Shown here: in pieces, positions 61,087 to 64,000 of the stretch
How the letters are laid out: each line of letters starts with the position of its first letter
Numbering within the stretch: the first letter of the stretch is position 1
NCBI GenBank assembly: GCA_002633005.1
Contig: NMRA01000043.1
Span: 596,476-660,475, forward strand
DNA from: Phoronis australis
Lineage: Eukaryota; Animalia; Phoronida
DNA length: 64,000 nt
Direction of reading: 5' to 3'
Made by a program: the position numbers and the translations under genes
The notes under the pieces: generated by a model
Seen by the model: the letters and a program-made list of their open reading frames with translations, nothing else
Told to the model about the DNA's origin: nothing
The model's database searches: none

Positions 61087-61854
61087 CGTTAATGGTGATT
61101 GTCTTGTATTTTATTATCTTTCTGAGAGGAGATTTTCCTAAAAAGCAATGTCACGAATAAAACCATTATAAAAGCCGGAATATACACACATAGAAATGAT
61201 GGCGTCTCATTAATAAGCGTTGTGCTATTTATCGCAGTCGCAAACTGGAAATAGTAAAAAACTCGTTGGTTGCCCACATCACTTTACAAAGTATCAAGTT
61301 CGCAGGTTTTTGGAGGAACATTTAGTGTTTTGCCAAAACAATAGTCGTTTCCGACAGAATAATCTTGACTAGGAAGGGCTTGAAATATTCTTATAAAAAG
61401 TACCTTTAGTTTTTCTTCGGGAATGAAATTACTTGCACCTGGTTAGAAATGAATATATCTTAGTAATCAAACACTTACTTGAAGAGATGTTGCCTCGCTC
61501 TTTTGCAGAAAAGTCGGTGAATGATCTCAAAAGCTACTCTCAGGCTTAATTTATAAAAAAATGGCAAAAGAGGCGTGGAAATTTGTGTTCGTACTTTGTC
61601 GACCAGCTTAGAAGCAACCAATGAAGAACCTGTTTTGCTCTTTTGCGTTCTTGTTTTCTGGCAGTTCCGAGAAAAGTGTCACGTGATAAAGGATGACCTT
61701 GCTACATTTTAATACGTGACTAACTTGTTATTTCCTTGTTCCGTGCACACCGAGTCCGGCAATCATTGAAATATTTCATGCTAGGGTGGCCCGCGATCAC
61801 TACATGGTCACGAATTAAGCCTAAAATAACTTGATGCCTACATACATGTCATTA

Positions 61855-61858
61855 TTTA

Positions 61859-61901
<43 letters not shown>

Positions 61902-61945
61902 CACTACTATGATTATCACTACTACTATTATTGTTGTTGTTATTA
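61855..61945. repeat. (ATT)n-type microsatellite
   Basis: Trinucleotide run. Confidence 0.92.
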
Positions 61946-62689
61946 TTTCTAAGTTGTTGAATTATGATTATGTCGGTGCTTTGCTTACCGTTACCATTGC
62001 CGGCAATGATTCTATGACCTGTGACTAAGCTCCAATACTGTTTATGGTTTAAGGCTGATGAAATTGCGTTGGAGATAAGACCACGGCAGTTGACTGGTGA
62101 ATTAGAAAGCAGGTTAAATACCACACGGAGCCAATTGAGTACATACGGAATTTACCGGGATAAATAACAGGTAGTTTGTATCGACATGCACGATCATGGT
62201 ACAGTGGTCTACAATATGTGCCCACGGTAACACGCACAACTTTCTTTATCATACTCTCATACTATGCATCGATATAATTCTATATTTTTCAAACTTTAAG
62301 CCCTACTCCTCTTTTATTTTTCCCCATTCTTTTGAAATTATAACTGTACTCGACAAAAGTACAATCATGAAGGCTTCACTATTTATAGAAAGGGTCATTT
62401 GTCAATTAAAATTCATGACGTTTTAAAACTTATTAGGCTCTGCTTGGTTATGTTTAGATAAACTGACCAGACTTTACATAGTAGGATTCACAAGTGGCAA
62501 ATTTTACGAAACATTTTTAAAGCTCTAACAGTTACAGTGATTTGATTTCACTGCATGTGGTAAGATCTCGGACCACCGGTTTGTTTGTTCGAGGACAGAT
62601 GTATTTTATATTGTTACGCAGAGTTTATTTCGCTTTTGTGTCTAATTAATATGTGTATGGACAACTGAGCAGTTTCACTTTTATTGGAA

Positions 62690-63300
62690 CATATATTTCA
62701 CTGAGATCTCGTTTTAATTATGAGCGCAACATTATGTCAAATGGTCGAGTAACTATTCAGATCTGGCAGAGTAGTCTGGATCACCCAGAGAACTGTAAGG
62801 TTTTGATTTTCTTAGAGGAAAGAAGTACTGTACTCCATCTACTGCATTGAAGACACCCACTTTGCTAAAAAGACGGCAATTAAGTAAAAGTAACGTAACA
62901 ATAATTTTAAATTTTAAACTCAATTAAAATATTTCTAATGAATACAGTAATGTGCTAATTGATGTCAATTGTAAAGTTCTGTCCAACAAAGACAACCCAT
63001 TTTTTCAGAATTAGGAAGTTATGAGCGACTTTGGTATGAATTTCATTATTTGGACAGGGGATTTCAACTTCGTAATGACACCGGATACATATAACTATTG
63101 TCATGTAGATCTCGAGAAAAATTTTTAGTCAAGATCTGTTCGGACTGCTCTTAAATACAATGTAGACGCGTGGCGTGAATTATATACTGCAGGTCAGTGT
63201 AGATGGGTAGCAGTATCGTATTTTCTGCTGGATGGCTTCACGGACAGATATTTTTCTAGAGTTCTGCATAATCTTGACTATAAAAAGAAACTTTTTATGG
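62690..63300 (+). pseudogene. Decayed L1/Tx1-type APE endonuclease fragment
   Basis: IYCIEDTHF (~LQETH), SNKDNPFF (~YGPN.D...FF), IIWTGDFNFVM (~GGDFN), DAWRE, RTDIFL (~SRLDFFL). Confidence 0.6.
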
Positions 63301-63316
63301 AAGTGCTCTGTTGTTG

Positions 63317-63385
63317 CACCACCACCTCCACCATCACCACCACCACCACCACCACCACTACTACTACTGATGTTACTACATGTAC
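63317..63385. repeat. (CCA)n/(CTA)n microsatellite
   Basis: Trinucleotide run. Confidence 0.9.
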
Positions 63386-64000
63386 TATAATTATTTATCA
63401 AAACAAGGACATCCTTCATCGCCACAACCGACATCACAGATTCCTTATTTACAGTGACATAGTAATTTGTTTAATAAATTTTATACGCAGTATCAGGTTA
63501 AGAGTTACATTCAGTCTGTTGTCTAAAATTGGCTAACTTCGGAACATTGGCTGATAGGATTCAAATGAAATTTTAAGATAATATGCTTTCATTATTTACT
63601 ATTTTTAAAACGCTAGAAATAATTTCGATGTTATAAATCAGTGCTTTGATATAGTATAATGCAAGAATTGTCAGCTTTTAGGAAAATGCTTTTTTTTTAA
63701 TTTCCCACTTTTACATAAGGAGCAATAAAAATGGGACTTTTATGATTTTCATAGAAAACCTTTGTTTTACTATCAATGTATATTCATTCATACATGCACT
63801 TGACCCAATATTACTCCCAGATTGGTCAAAAATCAAATTGTACAGTCAGGCTTTCTACTAAGTAAAATCTGTAATTTTTAGACAATTGGCTAAATGCCAG
63901 AACTCGTGAATGTGGTCCTATATAAGCTTGTCCTGGCTAGTAAATCAGTTTGCGTGAATATAATATAGCCCAGTGGTGGATTTAGAGGGGGACCTAGGGA

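Noticed and set aside
61831-63536. Poly-I/N/G/T ORFs
   Set aside because: Microsatellite translations

Overview
Animal (invertebrate-like, AT-rich, intron-rich) genomic window; not prokaryotic, and the species cannot be determined from the sequence. It holds two convergent protein-coding genes. (1) A 25-coding-exon retinoblastoma pocket-protein gene of RB1 type on the + strand (about 7867-44829, about 855 aa by manual splicing). The ORF track mostly misses it. (2) A fungal-style highly reducing iterative type I polyketide synthase on the - strand (KS-AT-DH-cMT-ER-KR-ACP, no thioesterase, about 2450 aa). It is nearly all in one 6.77-kb exon, with small exons reaching up to about 61.1 kb, and from memory resembles the echinoderm pigment synthase SpPks1 clade. 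The two 3' ends appear to meet at back-to-back poly(A) signals near 45790. Introns hold many mobile elements whose ends and target-site duplications (TSDs) can be read directly: a solo LTR inside a decayed hAT transposase, TTAA-TSD Kolobok-like elements, CAG-ended MITEs with 5-6 bp TSDs, nested 9-bp-TSD MITEs, Helentron/HINE-like repeats, Penelope-like fragments with hammerhead-like cores and a truncated LINE. Several minisatellites are present, some of which amplify RB splice sites. All gene models are manual and untested by transcript data.
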